Shown: positions 17,882 through 26,352 of the stretch, in pieces | Layout of the letters: every line of letters starts with the position of its first letter | Position numbering within the stretch: the first letter of the stretch is position 1 | Source: an uncultured Kingella sp. | GTDB taxonomy: Bacteria > Pseudomonadota > Gammaproteobacteria > Burkholderiales > Neisseriaceae | Direction of reading: 5' to 3' | NCBI GenBank assembly: GCA_963529665.1 | Contig: CAUSAG010000006.1 | Location: 10,617-42,616, forward strand | Length of the DNA: 32,000 nt | The notes under the pieces: generated by a model | What the model was told of the DNA's origin: nothing | What the model saw: only the letters and a program-made list of their open reading frames with translations | Database searches by the model: none | Made by a program: the position numbers and the translations under genes

Positions 17882-18175
17882 TTAGCCTTTTTTGCCTGTT
17901 GGCATCAATTTGGTTAATGTCTTAAACGTCAAAATAAAGGTTAGGCAGCCTAGAAAGATATTTAGAACCGTGCCACCACCTGAAATATAAAAGAGTTGCA
18001 ATAGACCAGCAGGAACGCCTTGTACGGATGCTGCGATGCGCTCTTTAAAGCCTGAAATCAATGCTTCTAAGCCTACATAGGTTACAGCGGATAAGCCAAA
18101 TGCCGTCATAATTCTGCCCGCAAGTGTGCCTAAACCGCTTAACAGCATGGGTATCAGAGCAGCTAGAAACTTCAT
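17882..18175 (-). CDS. Small membrane protein, pVI-like minor coat protein (DUF2523-like)
   Basis: 97 aa and hydrophobic, positioned between the pIII-like gene and zot. SD is AGGGGG. Confidence 0.6.
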   Translation of the reverse strand: MKFLAALIPMLLSGLGTLAGRIMTAFGLSAVTYVGLEALISGFKERIAASVQGVPAGLLQLFYISGGGTVLNIFLGCLTFILTFKTLTKLMPTGKKG

Positions 18176-18183
18176 ATTTCCCC

Positions 18184-19608
18184 CTAACTTTCACGAATCG
18201 TGCGAGCACAAAAAAACGCAGCAACGAGCCAAGCAAATGCGATAATCATTGGGCGTAGCATACTGGCTAAATCGCATGCAGGTTGCATACTGAATCCGAA
18301 GGTTGAACCGAATGCTTGGAATTGCACAGGTACGGGACACACGCCATCTGTTGGGAAGACGTTGTCGGGTGTGAATTTAAGAGATACTTCCTCTTTTGGA
18401 ATATCAAAATCGGTATCTGTTGTTTCAGGTTTATCAGGGACGGTATCGCAGGCGAGAATATCGGGGTGTTCTTTGCACAAATCTATCGGCGCGGGCTGGG
18501 ATGCGGGTTGCGTTTTTTTATCAGGATTGTCGGTTTTGTTGTCGGGAGCGGCGTTAGGATCAAGTTTGGGAGCTTGGGGGCTATCGGGGGTTAAGTCGGG
18601 GCGGTCGGTTATCACTTCTTTAACTGATCCGTCGCTATTGAATGTCCACTTGCTTTGTTTGGCTTTGCCATCTGCTGGATCGGTATAGGGGCGAGATTGG
18701 GCAACTGTGCCGTCTGTAACGAGTATTTTTGGTTCGCCGTCGGGTTTTACTTCTGATGTGCGTACCCATTCGTCGGGGGCTGCGGTGGCTTCGGGTGTGC
18801 CTTCTTCAATGAATTCGTCTAGCGTCATGGGGACGTAATCAACGTATTTAAAAATAACTACGCCAGAATCCATATTTATATATGGGGGATTAGTAGAAAC
18901 ACACTTTCCACCCCAACCTGTCGTTTCATAATGGTAAGTTTTACCATTTAAAACAAATGTTTTAGATTGACAATAAGCTCGGGCTACTGCTGTAGCGGCA
19001 TCAATTCCTTTGGCATAGTCCAATAATTCGCAATCGTTTTTTAAATCGTATTTACATATATTCTCTACTTGAAGGGAAGTCTGATTAGAGCCACTTAAAG
19101 CATTCTGGGAATTTTTGGTAGCGATTACGATGTAGGTATTGTCGTCGGCGGGGCGGACGAAGTCGTTGCGTTCGTCGTTCCATGAGAATTTTGAGCCAGA
19201 AATTGCACTAGAAACCAATTGCCAAACTAGGAATTGCCAACCTGTTCTTAAAGTGAGGCTGCCTAATGCTTTTCCACCTTTTAAAATTGCTGGACCCGCT
19301 GCCCGAGCCTTTTGTAATAAACTCGCAAATACTTTTCTTTTATCGGTTACTACCCTGTATGTTGCTGGAATGGTATCGGCAGATTGTGCACCATTGCTGC
19401 CGACTACGGCGGCAGGCAGTGTTGTACTGCCGTGAAATTGACTACCGCGTAATGTGTGAGATAACCCGCTAATATCGCGTGTTCTGTCGTATTCAAAAGT
19501 ATAGTGCCCATCTCTTACAACGGTTCTTAATCCATTTTGGTTAAAACCGCCGTTATCGGCAAAGGCAATACAAGGGATAAGGGTGCAAGCTAGCAATAGT
19601 CTTTTCAT
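18184..19608 (-). CDS. pIII-like adsorption / minor coat protein
   Basis: 474 aa with a signal peptide (MKRLLLACTLIPCIAFA), a Pro/Asp/Lys-rich linker and a C-terminal TM anchor. The start overlaps the upstream stop (ATGA). Confidence 0.6.
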   Translation of the reverse strand: MKRLLLACTLIPCIAFADNGGFNQNGLRTVVRDGHYTFEYDRTRDISGLSHTLRGSQFHGSTTLPAAVVGSNGAQSADTIPATYRVVTDKRKVFASLLQKARAAGPAILKGGKALGSLTLRTGWQFLVWQLVSSAISGSKFSWNDERNDFVRPADDNTYIVIATKNSQNALSGSNQTSLQVENICKYDLKNDCELLDYAKGIDAATAVARAYCQSKTFVLNGKTYHYETTGWGGKCVSTNPPYINMDSGVVIFKYVDYVPMTLDEFIEEGTPEATAAPDEWVRTSEVKPDGEPKILVTDGTVAQSRPYTDPADGKAKQSKWTFNSDGSVKEVITDRPDLTPDSPQAPKLDPNAAPDNKTDNPDKKTQPASQPAPIDLCKEHPDILACDTVPDKPETTDTDFDIPKEEVSLKFTPDNVFPTDGVCPVPVQFQAFGSTFGFSMQPACDLASMLRPMIIAFAWLVAAFFCARTIRES

Positions 19609-19976
19609 TCTCTACGGATTAACTCTTTTTCCCTTTCCTGTTCCTGCCGTTTCTGTTTCATAAATTCCATAAACTCTATTTGTTCGGAAGTGGGTGGGTT
19701 TGTTGGCGGCGGAACTGGATTAGGGGCATTGTCTAAAAATATATCGTCATCATCATTTTTTGATTGACGCGTCTTAGATTTTTTACTTCTGCTGTCCAAA
19801 ATAACATATGTAATAACGCACAGAACAAATAATGCAATGCTTGCATTCTTGTTAAATTCTGTAAGACTTTGGTATCTATTTACCCAAACAAAAATAATGG
19901 CAGCGCAAACAGTTGGTATAGTCCCTTTCAACATTTCAAACCCTTTCATAATGAAAGGTTTGAATGTAGCACGCAC
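19605..19976 (-). CDS. Phage membrane protein, unknown function; start uncertain (the ATG at 19934 has the better SD)
   Basis: Two TM segments followed by a charged tail, translationally coupled to the pIII-like gene. Confidence 0.55.
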   Translation of the reverse strand: MRATFKPFIMKGFEMLKGTIPTVCAAIIFVWVNRYQSLTEFNKNASIALFVLCVITYVILDSRSKKSKTRQSKNDDDDIFLDNAPNPVPPPTNPPTSEQIEFMEFMKQKRQEQEREKELIRRE

Positions 19977-20046
19977 ATTGCGCTTTTGCTAGATGAATAG
20001 CTTCAATATCAGCATTAGGGCGAAAAAGCTGTATAGCGTCCATATG

Positions 20047-20358
20047 TCAATCATGGGGTTTCTCGTCTTGTTCGCTCATGCTGCGGATTAGGCTGTATAC
20101 CTGCCTGAACAGGAATATCAGGGATACGATGCCGATAATGGGGGCGGCGAGTTCTGCTCCTAGCATTACTTGCTCTTCCAAACTGCATTCGGGGAAACTT
20201 AATTGGATTTTTTGACCGTTTAAATACCAATCTTGCCCTTGTTTTACTGGGCGAATTAATAAGCCTTCTGCGGTTATGGTTGGGGGCTGCTGACTGAGTA
20301 AATAGTCATGCGCTGCTTCGCTGTTGACGAAGCATTGGTAGCCTATTCTGTAACCCAT
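20047..20358 (-). CDS. Phage protein with a C-terminal TM segment, unknown function
   Basis: 103 aa; SD AAGGGGG lies 8 nt upstream, immediately after the major coat gene. Confidence 0.55.
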   Translation of the reverse strand: MGYRIGYQCFVNSEAAHDYLLSQQPPTITAEGLLIRPVKQGQDWYLNGQKIQLSFPECSLEEQVMLGAELAAPIIGIVSLIFLFRQVYSLIRSMSEQDEKPHD

Positions 20359-20377
20359 TTCAGTAGCCCCCTTTTTA

Positions 20378-20620
20378 TTAGCTCGCAGTTTTGGTCATGC
20401 GGAATGCCATACGGAAGCCTTGGATCAGGACGATTACGGACAATACGGCTGTGCCGATTGCGGTAATCATGATGGCAAACTTGGCAATTTCGGTCGCTGC
20501 GGTTGTGCCGATTGATGAAATATCGTTATCGGCAAAGGCGAGCATAGGCGTTGCCATTGCTGCTGCGAATAAGGCGCGTTTGTTTGCGATTGCGCCTTTG
20601 GCTTTTTGGATTAGATTCAT
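20378..20620 (-). CDS. Major coat protein (pVIII analogue)
   Basis: 80 aa with a signal peptide ending AFA-DND, an acidic N-terminus in the mature part, a hydrophobic core and a basic C-terminus (RMAFRMTKTAS). SD is AAGGAG. Confidence 0.7.
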   Translation of the reverse strand: MNLIQKAKGAIANKRALFAAAMATPMLAFADNDISSIGTTAATEIAKFAIMITAIGTAVLSVIVLIQGFRMAFRMTKTAS

Positions 20621-20695
20621 GATGAACTCCTTGAAAGTTGATAAGAGGCTTTTATTTTTCAGGCAGCCTGAAACCTGATTACTTCATCCGTGCGA

Positions 20696-20800
20696 TTACC
20701 CAAATAGATAATAGGCGGATGTAAATAACCCTATAAGGCAGATGATTAGTGCGACAACGCAGCATTTAAACCAAAATGGGATGGGTTGTTTCATGCTCAT
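20696..20800 (-). CDS. 34-aa hydrophobic peptide (MSMKQPIPFWFKCCVVALIICLIGLFTSAYYLFG), pVII/pIX-like minor coat candidate; too short for the ORF track
   Basis: Translated by hand. ATG at 20800 is preceded by AGGAAA, the stop TAA is at 20696-20698, there is a single TM segment, and it lies just upstream of the major coat gene. Confidence 0.45.
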   Translation of the reverse strand: MSMKQPIPFWFKCCVVALIICLIGLFTSAYYLFG

Positions 20801-20820
20801 CAGTGTTTCCTTTTTGTTAG

Positions 20821-21147
20821 TTAATCGGGATAGAATTCTGAATAATCACCATCGTAATCTTCATCAATTAAGCCTAAATCAAGGAGATGCTCTCTAAACT
20901 CTTCATCACTCTCAGATTCTCCACAATATTCATGCTCTAAATCTCCCCTAGCATACATTTCATCTTCTACATCTTGGGCAACAGTCATTTTGTCGTACAT
21001 CTGTGTTGTTACGTCATCAATTTGTTGAGAATCTGTATTTTGTTCTTTCAATATGATCAGTTGCTCAAACAGTTCATCGGCTTCTGCCAATAAAGAATCG
21101 CGAATATTTAGCAGCTCATCACTTGAATAATCTGAATAATCACTCAT
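20821..21147 (-). CDS. Highly acidic 108-aa protein of unknown function (moron-like)
   Basis: About one third of residues are Asp/Glu, there is no TM segment, and it is AT-rich relative to neighbouring phage genes. Confidence 0.6.
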   Translation of the reverse strand: MSDYSDYSSDELLNIRDSLLAEADELFEQLIILKEQNTDSQQIDDVTTQMYDKMTVAQDVEDEMYARGDLEHEYCGESESDEEFREHLLDLGLIDEDYDGDYSEFYPD

Positions 21148-21229
21148 GGTTTTGCCTGTGGGATAGCGAGTTGGAAAGGGGCGGTTATTGGGCTTTTATC
21201 CGCGCGACCGCCCGCACGCGGTAAAGTCT

Positions 21230-21532
21230 TTAAGACGCAGTGGCTTTTGCTGCTGCTACTGGTTTGATTTGGTAAATTTCATTTACCAACTTGCCTTTTT
21301 TCATTGTTTGCCGCATGTCAAATTCAATTTCACATGGCAGTTTGCCTTTGAAATGCAATAATTCAGCGTGTTTGGCTTCATCGCCATATTCGCATTCCAG
21401 ATAGTCAACGCCGAACTCATTTGCGCTGGTTTCGGAAATGGGTAGCTCAATCGTTAGGCGGGTGTAGTCGTACTCGGTGCCGTTGTCCATTACGCCTTTG
21501 TTCCAGCGGATTCGTGTTAGTTTTGCTTTCAT
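21230..21532 (-). CDS. Small phage protein; positional candidate for the ssDNA-binding protein (pV analogue)
   Basis: 100 aa, directly downstream of rep, with SD AAGAAAGGG. The function is inferred from position only. Confidence 0.5.
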   Translation of the reverse strand: MKAKLTRIRWNKGVMDNGTEYDYTRLTIELPISETSANEFGVDYLECEYGDEAKHAELLHFKGKLPCEIEFDMRQTMKKGKLVNEIYQIKPVAAAKATAS

Positions 21533-21556
21533 GTTTTGCCCTTTCTTGGCGGTTGG

Positions 21557-23053
21557 TTAAAGTAAGTCGTGCCATGTTGCTTGCCAGCTGTTGTCAAAGG
21601 CTTGCTGCATTCGGAATAGCTTGGCTTCTTGGGCGAGTTTGTCCATTCGTTGATGGAATTTGGCTTGCCGTTCTCTTTCGCTTATTTCGTTCATGTAGTT
21701 TTTGACTTCGCTGTTATGCTGGTTGGCGATGTGTTTCATTTGGTGGATGTATTGGACGTTGGCTTGGCGGCAGTCGTGTTTGTCTGCTCCTAGGCGTTTG
21801 GGTAGTTTGGTTTTGCCCCCTTTCAGCAAAACTTTTATTTCTTCGTCGTCAAAGCCAAACCGTTCCAGTGCGTTAATACAGGGGCTGCAGGCTTGGCTTG
21901 CGTACTTTAAAACGTGTTCTAGGTTAATCATTTCGGTTTTTTTGATGCGCTCGGCTTTCTTTGGCTGTTCGCGAAACCGACTGAATAGGTCTTGGCAGAT
22001 GGGATAGGCGGCGGTTAGGTAGCTGCCTGCGCTGATTAAAATATCGTGTGGGATGATGTAGTCGCGGTTGCGGAGTTGTAATTCAAAGCGTACCCATGGG
22101 CTGCTGTTGTCGCCTTGTTCGCAGCCTTTGTCGTAAACGCGTAACATACGGCTGCTGTTGGGTGTGCCAACGTAAAAGGTTTTGCCTGTGCGTTTGTCAT
22201 CTAGCCAGTCATAGCCGTGTAGCCTTGCTCTTGGACGTTGTCCTTTGTTGTCAAAGCCGCCGCTTTGCCATGCGGTTTTGGCATCATCGGGGGTAAATTC
22301 GCCGTTGATGAAGTCGTGGGCTAAGTCTATGCGGGTAATTTTGGCAAAGGGGGCGAATACGGTTAGCCAGCTATGTAGGCGCTCTTCCCAGCCGTCTTGG
22401 GCTGCGGTTAAGCCGTCGCCGTATAGGTGGATCATGATGCTGTCTTTTTGGTTGAGACCGCCAAAGGCGATTACGCCGTATTTGGCTGTTTCTGTACCCA
22501 TGACAAAGCTGTATTTGTAGCCGTTGATGCCGTTTTTTTGTTGGTAGATGCCGAAGCCCATTAGGGTGTGCATGAGTTCGGAGAGTTTTTCGGCGAGATG
22601 GCGGATGTTGTCGGGGTGTTGGTCGTCTATGGGTAAGTCGGGTTCTATCAGTACGTCTTGGGTGAAGGTAAATGTGAGTGTGTCTATGTGGGCTGCGGTT
22701 TCGTTGCCTTGGCGCAGTGGAATTTCTTTGAGTTTGCCGTTTACCATGACGAATTGGCTGGTTTTGGTGCTGTGGGCGCGTAGGGTGGACTTTTTGGCGT
22801 TGCTGCCTTTGTCCGCCGCTTCACGAGATACGCCGTTTTGTCCCCCCGTGTTACTAGCGGGGGCGCTTTGCGCCGCCGTGTCTGCAATCGCCTGACGGCT
22901 GCTTGCCGCCACGTCGTCGCAATCGCTTGCCGCTACATAACGCGAAAATCCGCGTTTGGCATCGGCTTTGCGTGTGTAGCTGCGGATGAATTGTCCGTTG
23001 ATGTATAAATCAAACTTGCCTTGTTCGTTTTGGATGATTTGGCAGGTATTCAT
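21557..23053 (-). CDS. Rolling-circle replication initiation protein (Rep_trans / pII-RstA-like)
   Basis: 498 aa with a RIDLAHDF-type motif, YGDGL...TRIDLAHD and FYVG...R.LRVYDK stretches typical of phage/plasmid replication initiation factors. Confidence 0.8.
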   Translation of the reverse strand: MNTCQIIQNEQGKFDLYINGQFIRSYTRKADAKRGFSRYVAASDCDDVAASSRQAIADTAAQSAPASNTGGQNGVSREAADKGSNAKKSTLRAHSTKTSQFVMVNGKLKEIPLRQGNETAAHIDTLTFTFTQDVLIEPDLPIDDQHPDNIRHLAEKLSELMHTLMGFGIYQQKNGINGYKYSFVMGTETAKYGVIAFGGLNQKDSIMIHLYGDGLTAAQDGWEERLHSWLTVFAPFAKITRIDLAHDFINGEFTPDDAKTAWQSGGFDNKGQRPRARLHGYDWLDDKRTGKTFYVGTPNSSRMLRVYDKGCEQGDNSSPWVRFELQLRNRDYIIPHDILISAGSYLTAAYPICQDLFSRFREQPKKAERIKKTEMINLEHVLKYASQACSPCINALERFGFDDEEIKVLLKGGKTKLPKRLGADKHDCRQANVQYIHQMKHIANQHNSEVKNYMNEISERERQAKFHQRMDKLAQEAKLFRMQQAFDNSWQATWHDLL

Positions 23054-23313
23054 TTGCTTGCCCCTGTTTTCTTTTTGGCTTGGTTTTGTCTTGCTAGCTC
23101 GCGCCAGTCGGTTTTTGTGTAGTCAATCGTGTTTTCAAATACATCTAGATGCTTGGCTTCAAACTGGGCTACTCTTTCGCAAACTTCGGCTAGGGTTTGG
23201 CAAATGTGGGTTTCTATTGCGCCTGTGTTTGTTGCGTTAATAACTAGCATGTTTAGCTGGTAGTTTTGGCTTTCGGCGTTGCGTTTGATTTGGACGGATA
23301 GATCGATGTTCAT
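23050..23313 (-). CDS. Phage hypothetical protein (87 aa from MNIDL)
   Basis: The stop overlaps the rep start (ATGA). The start at 23313 avoids overlap with the upstream ORF. Confidence 0.5.
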   Translation of the reverse strand: MNIDLSVQIKRNAESQNYQLNMLVINATNTGAIETHICQTLAEVCERVAQFEAKHLDVFENTIDYTKTDWRELARQNQAKKKTGASK

Positions 23314-23317
23314 TGGA

Positions 23318-23629
23318 TTACCCTTTGCAGAAGCTAGCTTTTCTATCAATCTCATCAATGCGATCTCTTAATGCTTCTAACTGTTTGAAATATTGGTTTT
23401 CCCATAGACCTTGTGAAGTGAGTAAATCAAGAACTAATCTGATTTCGCTGCTTATCGTGCAACAGGACAAAAATGGCACACAATTTTTTTTGAATTGCTT
23501 TTCTAAATGTTCAACATGCTCGCTGTATCTATCAATAATGATTTGTAAATCAATTTCAACTACACTTTGATCGTCTTTGTTACTGTATCTTCTTGCGCTG
23601 TTTCTTGCTCGTGCGTTGGTTTTTTCCAT
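23318..23629 (-). CDS. Phage hypothetical protein (103 aa), first gene of the phage operon; possible regulator
   Basis: Charged, helical-looking sequence with SD AGGGG. The antisense ORF 23313..23570 is Ser/Leu/Cys-rich and less protein-like. Confidence 0.5.
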   Translation of the reverse strand: MEKTNARARNSARRYSNKDDQSVVEIDLQIIIDRYSEHVEHLEKQFKKNCVPFLSCCTISSEIRLVLDLLTSQGLWENQYFKQLEALRDRIDEIDRKASFCKG

Positions 23630-23749
23630 GATAAAAGCCCCTAACTCATTAAAAGTAAGGGGCTATCAGCCTTATGCTTGAATAATTGCTTGGCTTGCCA
23701 GCAAATGATACTTTGTCAGATTTAGCCCCTATGGAGCTTGTAATATATA

Positions 23750-23789
23750 AGGCAGCCTGAAAACGCCCAATCCCGTTTTCAGGCTGCCT
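23750..23789 (-). terminator. Inverted DUS pair hairpin downstream of rpe
   Basis: Forward DUS at 23750-23761 and reverse DUS at 23778-23789, 21 nt beyond the rpe stop. Confidence 0.6.
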
Positions 23790-23809
23790 TAGCATTGCAA
23801 AACGCTGCC

Positions 23810-24487
23810 CTACGCTTTTGCCAACGCTGCGCGCATCGCCTGAATCACGCCCGCATAATCATCCGCATCAAAAATCGCCGAGCCTGCCACAAAAGTATCC
23901 GCTCCTGCGGCGGCAGCGGCGGCGATGTTGTCGACTTTGATGCCGCCGTCCACTTCCAAACGGATGCGTCGTCCGCTTTGTTGCTCGTAGGCATCCAGCA
24001 GCGCGCGGGTTTGACGCAGTTTTTCCAGCGTGTGCGGAATGAATTTTTGCCCGCCAAAACCAGGGTTCACCGACATCAGCAACACCATATCCAATTTGTC
24101 TAACACATTTTCCAGCACATGAATGGATGTGGCAGGGTTCAGCACTAAGCCCGCCTGTTTGCCCGCGTCTTTAATCAGCGACAGGCTGCGATCAACATGG
24201 CGGCTGGCTTCGGGATGGAAGGTGATGATGTCGGCGCCTGCTTTGATAAACGCACCAATCATGTCGTCCACAGGCTCAATCATCAGGTGCACGTCTATCG
24301 GCGCGCTGGTATGCGGTCGCAGCGCGGCGCAAATCATCGGACCAAAGGTGAGATTGGGCACATAGTGGTTGTCCATCACGTCAAAATGAATCATGTCTGC
24401 GCCGGCGGCGACCACGTTGCGTACTTCTTCGCCCAAGCGGGCAAAATCGGCAGACAAAATGCTGGGGGCGATGCGGTAATGGCTCAT
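23810..24487 (-). CDS. rpe: Ribulose-phosphate 3-epimerase
   Basis: [30 protein letters not shown] and [11 protein letters not shown] motifs. Start set at the ATG at 24487. Confidence 0.9.
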   Translation of the reverse strand: MSHYRIAPSILSADFARLGEEVRNVVAAGADMIHFDVMDNHYVPNLTFGPMICAALRPHTSAPIDVHLMIEPVDDMIGAFIKAGADIITFHPEASRHVDRSLSLIKDAGKQAGLVLNPATSIHVLENVLDKLDMVLLMSVNPGFGGQKFIPHTLEKLRQTRALLDAYEQQSGRRIRLEVDGGIKVDNIAAAAAAGADTFVAGSAIFDADDYAGVIQAMRAALAKA

Positions 24488-24642
24488 GTTCAATCCTTCA
24501 CAAAAAAATAGCAATAGCGCGATTTTAGCACCGCCTGCGTTTTTCAGGCTGCCTGAATGCGCATAAAGCCTTATTCAACTGCGTACGCCATTGAGCGACA
24601 CGCGCTATAATCGCGCCTTTTCATTTTTCGGAACACGCAACC

Positions 24643-25596
24643 ATGTCTAAAAAACCCAAACACGAATTAGAAAACAACAAACTGCAAAAACGCCTGCGCC
24701 ACGCCGTGGGCGATGCGATTAACGATTTCAACATGATTGAAAACGGCGACAAAATCATGGTTTGCCTATCGGGCGGCAAAGACAGCTATGCGCTGCTAGA
24801 CATCTTGCGCCAGCTGCAAGCATCCGCGCCGATTGAATTTGAGCTTATCGCGGTTAATCTGGACCAAAAACAACCTGGCTTTCCCGAACACGTTTTGCCC
24901 GAATACCTGAGCAGCATTGGCGTGCCGTTTAAGATTGTGGAAGAAGACACCTATTCCACCGTTAAACGCGTGTTAGACGAAGGCAAAACCACTTGCTCGC
25001 TGTGCAGCCGCTTGCGCCGCGGCATTTTGTACCGCACGGCAAAAGAGCTGGGCTGCACCAAAATCGCGCTGGGGCATCATCGCGACGACATTATCGCAAC
25101 GATGTTTTTAAATATGTTTTACGGCGGCAAACTCAAAGCCATGCCGCCCAAATTGGTGTCCGACAACGGCGAACACATCGTTATCCGCCCGCTGGCATAT
25201 GTGAAAGAGAAAGATTTGATTAAATACGCCGAGTTAAAACAATTCCCCATCATCCCATGCAATCTATGCGGCTCGCAGCCCAATTTGCAGCGCCAAGTCA
25301 TCGGCGATATGTTGAAAGATTGGGATAAACGCTTCCCCGGCCGCATTGAAAGCATGTTTTCCGCGCTGCAAAACGTGGTGCCATCGCATTTGGCGGATAC
25401 CGATTTGTTTGACTTTGCGGGCTTGGAACGCGGGCAGGCGCTGAAACACGGCGGTGATTTGGCGTTTGACAGCGAAACCGTATCGTTTACCGCCCCGCGC
25501 GATGAAGACGACGGGCAGCCTGAAAAGCCTGCGCGCAAGGTGATTAACATTTTGGGGAACAAGCCCAAGGCGGGGTGTGGCATTCAGGTGGAATAA
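24643..25596 (+). CDS. ttcA: tRNA 2-thiocytidine(32) synthetase
   Basis: PP-loop CLSGGKDS plus [10 protein letters not shown] and CNLCGSQ cysteine motifs; 317 aa. Confidence 0.9.
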   Translation: MSKKPKHELENNKLQKRLRHAVGDAINDFNMIENGDKIMVCLSGGKDSYALLDILRQLQASAPIEFELIAVNLDQKQPGFPEHVLPEYLSSIGVPFKIVEEDTYSTVKRVLDEGKTTCSLCSRLRRGILYRTAKELGCTKIALGHHRDDIIATMFLNMFYGGKLKAMPPKLVSDNGEHIVIRPLAYVKEKDLIKYAELKQFPIIPCNLCGSQPNLQRQVIGDMLKDWDKRFPGRIESMFSALQNVVPSHLADTDLFDFAGLERGQALKHGGDLAFDSETVSFTAPRDEDDGQPEKPARKVINILGNKPKAGCGIQVE

Positions 25597-25608
25597 TGGC
25601 TATGCAAA

Positions 25609-25648
25609 AGGCAGCCTGAAAACGGGAAAAACCATTTTCAGGCTGCCT
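25609..25648 (+). terminator. Inverted DUS pair hairpin after ttcA
   Basis: Forward DUS at 25609-25620 and reverse DUS at 25637-25648. Confidence 0.6.
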
Positions 25649-25707
25649 ATTTGCCATGCGAGGTCTATAATAATCAAATCTTTAACCGCAGCAGAAAGGA
25701 CTCTGCC

Positions 25708-26298
25708 ATGAAAACTTTGGTCAATGTTTTCCACCCCAAATTGGAACAATCCACCGTAAACCGCCTGTGGGCAGAGCGGCTGGAAGGGCTGCCCGATGTA
25801 ACCGTGCGCCGTGTGTACAGCCTGTATCCAGATGGCAAAATTGACGTTGCCGCCGAGCAAACCACGCTGTTGGCGCACGACCGCTTGGTGTTCCAGCATC
25901 CGTTTTTCTGGTATTCCGTGCCGCCTCTGATGAAACAATGGTTTGACGACGTGCTGACCTACAACTGGGCATACGGCCCGCAGGGCAAAGCGTTGGCGGG
26001 CAAAGAATGGGTGTCGTCCGTTTCCACGGGCGGGCCGGCGGATTCGTATCAGGCGGGTGGCTACAACAGCTATTCCATGAGCGAATTTTTGAAACCGCTG
26101 CAACAAACCGCCAACCTTATCCAAACCAAATTCTTGCCGCCGTTTATTTTCCACGGCGCGGTGGGCGCAAGCGAAGCCGCCGTCCGGCAGTCTGCCGACA
26201 ACATGGTGGCGCATATTCTAGACCCGCTGCTGGACCCGCAGAAAAAACTCGCCGCGCTGCTGGCGAAAATGCAGGAAGACGGCGTTACGCTGGAATAA
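25708..26298 (+). CDS. Flavodoxin-fold NAD(P)H oxidoreductase (Flavodoxin_2 / KefF-YdeQ-like quinone reductase)
   Basis: MKTLVNVFHPKLEQSTVN...LVFQHPFFWYSVPPLMKQWFDDVL is typical of this family. Start set at the ATG at 25708 with SD AAAGGA. Confidence 0.75.
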   Translation: MKTLVNVFHPKLEQSTVNRLWAERLEGLPDVTVRRVYSLYPDGKIDVAAEQTTLLAHDRLVFQHPFFWYSVPPLMKQWFDDVLTYNWAYGPQGKALAGKEWVSSVSTGGPADSYQAGGYNSYSMSEFLKPLQQTANLIQTKFLPPFIFHGAVGASEAAVRQSADNMVAHILDPLLDPQKKLAALLAKMQEDGVTLE

Positions 26299-26311
26299 TC
26301 GCCATATAATA

Positions 26312-26352
26312 AGGCAGCCTGAAAACGCATTTATCCGTTTTTCAGGCTGCCT
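26312..26352 (+). terminator. Inverted DUS pair hairpin
   Basis: Forward DUS at 26312-26323 and reverse DUS at 26341-26352, followed by TTTATT. Confidence 0.6.

Larger units (their letters stand above)
16619..23716 (-). mobile_element. Filamentous (Inovirus, Nf/MDA-like) prophage, all genes on the minus strand; ends are approximate
   Basis: Canonical module order rep, small ssDNA-binding candidate, small coat proteins, pIII-like, pVI-like, Zot. Genes are tightly packed with strong SDs and ATGA overlaps. The region is nearly DUS-free and an IS110-family recombinase abuts one end. Confidence 0.75.

Noticed and set aside
23313-23570. 85-aa plus-strand ORF antisense to the first phage gene, considered as a divergent repressor.
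   Set aside because: It is Ser/Leu/Cys-rich with low complexity and no SD. The minus-strand frame is more protein-like and fits the operon.
23721-23750. dif/XerCD-like site at the prophage end (GGAGCTTGTAATATATAAGG resembles GGTGCGCATAATGTATATTATG).
   Set aside because: Only the XerC-arm and central part match loosely. The XerD arm, the most conserved part, is replaced by a DUS.
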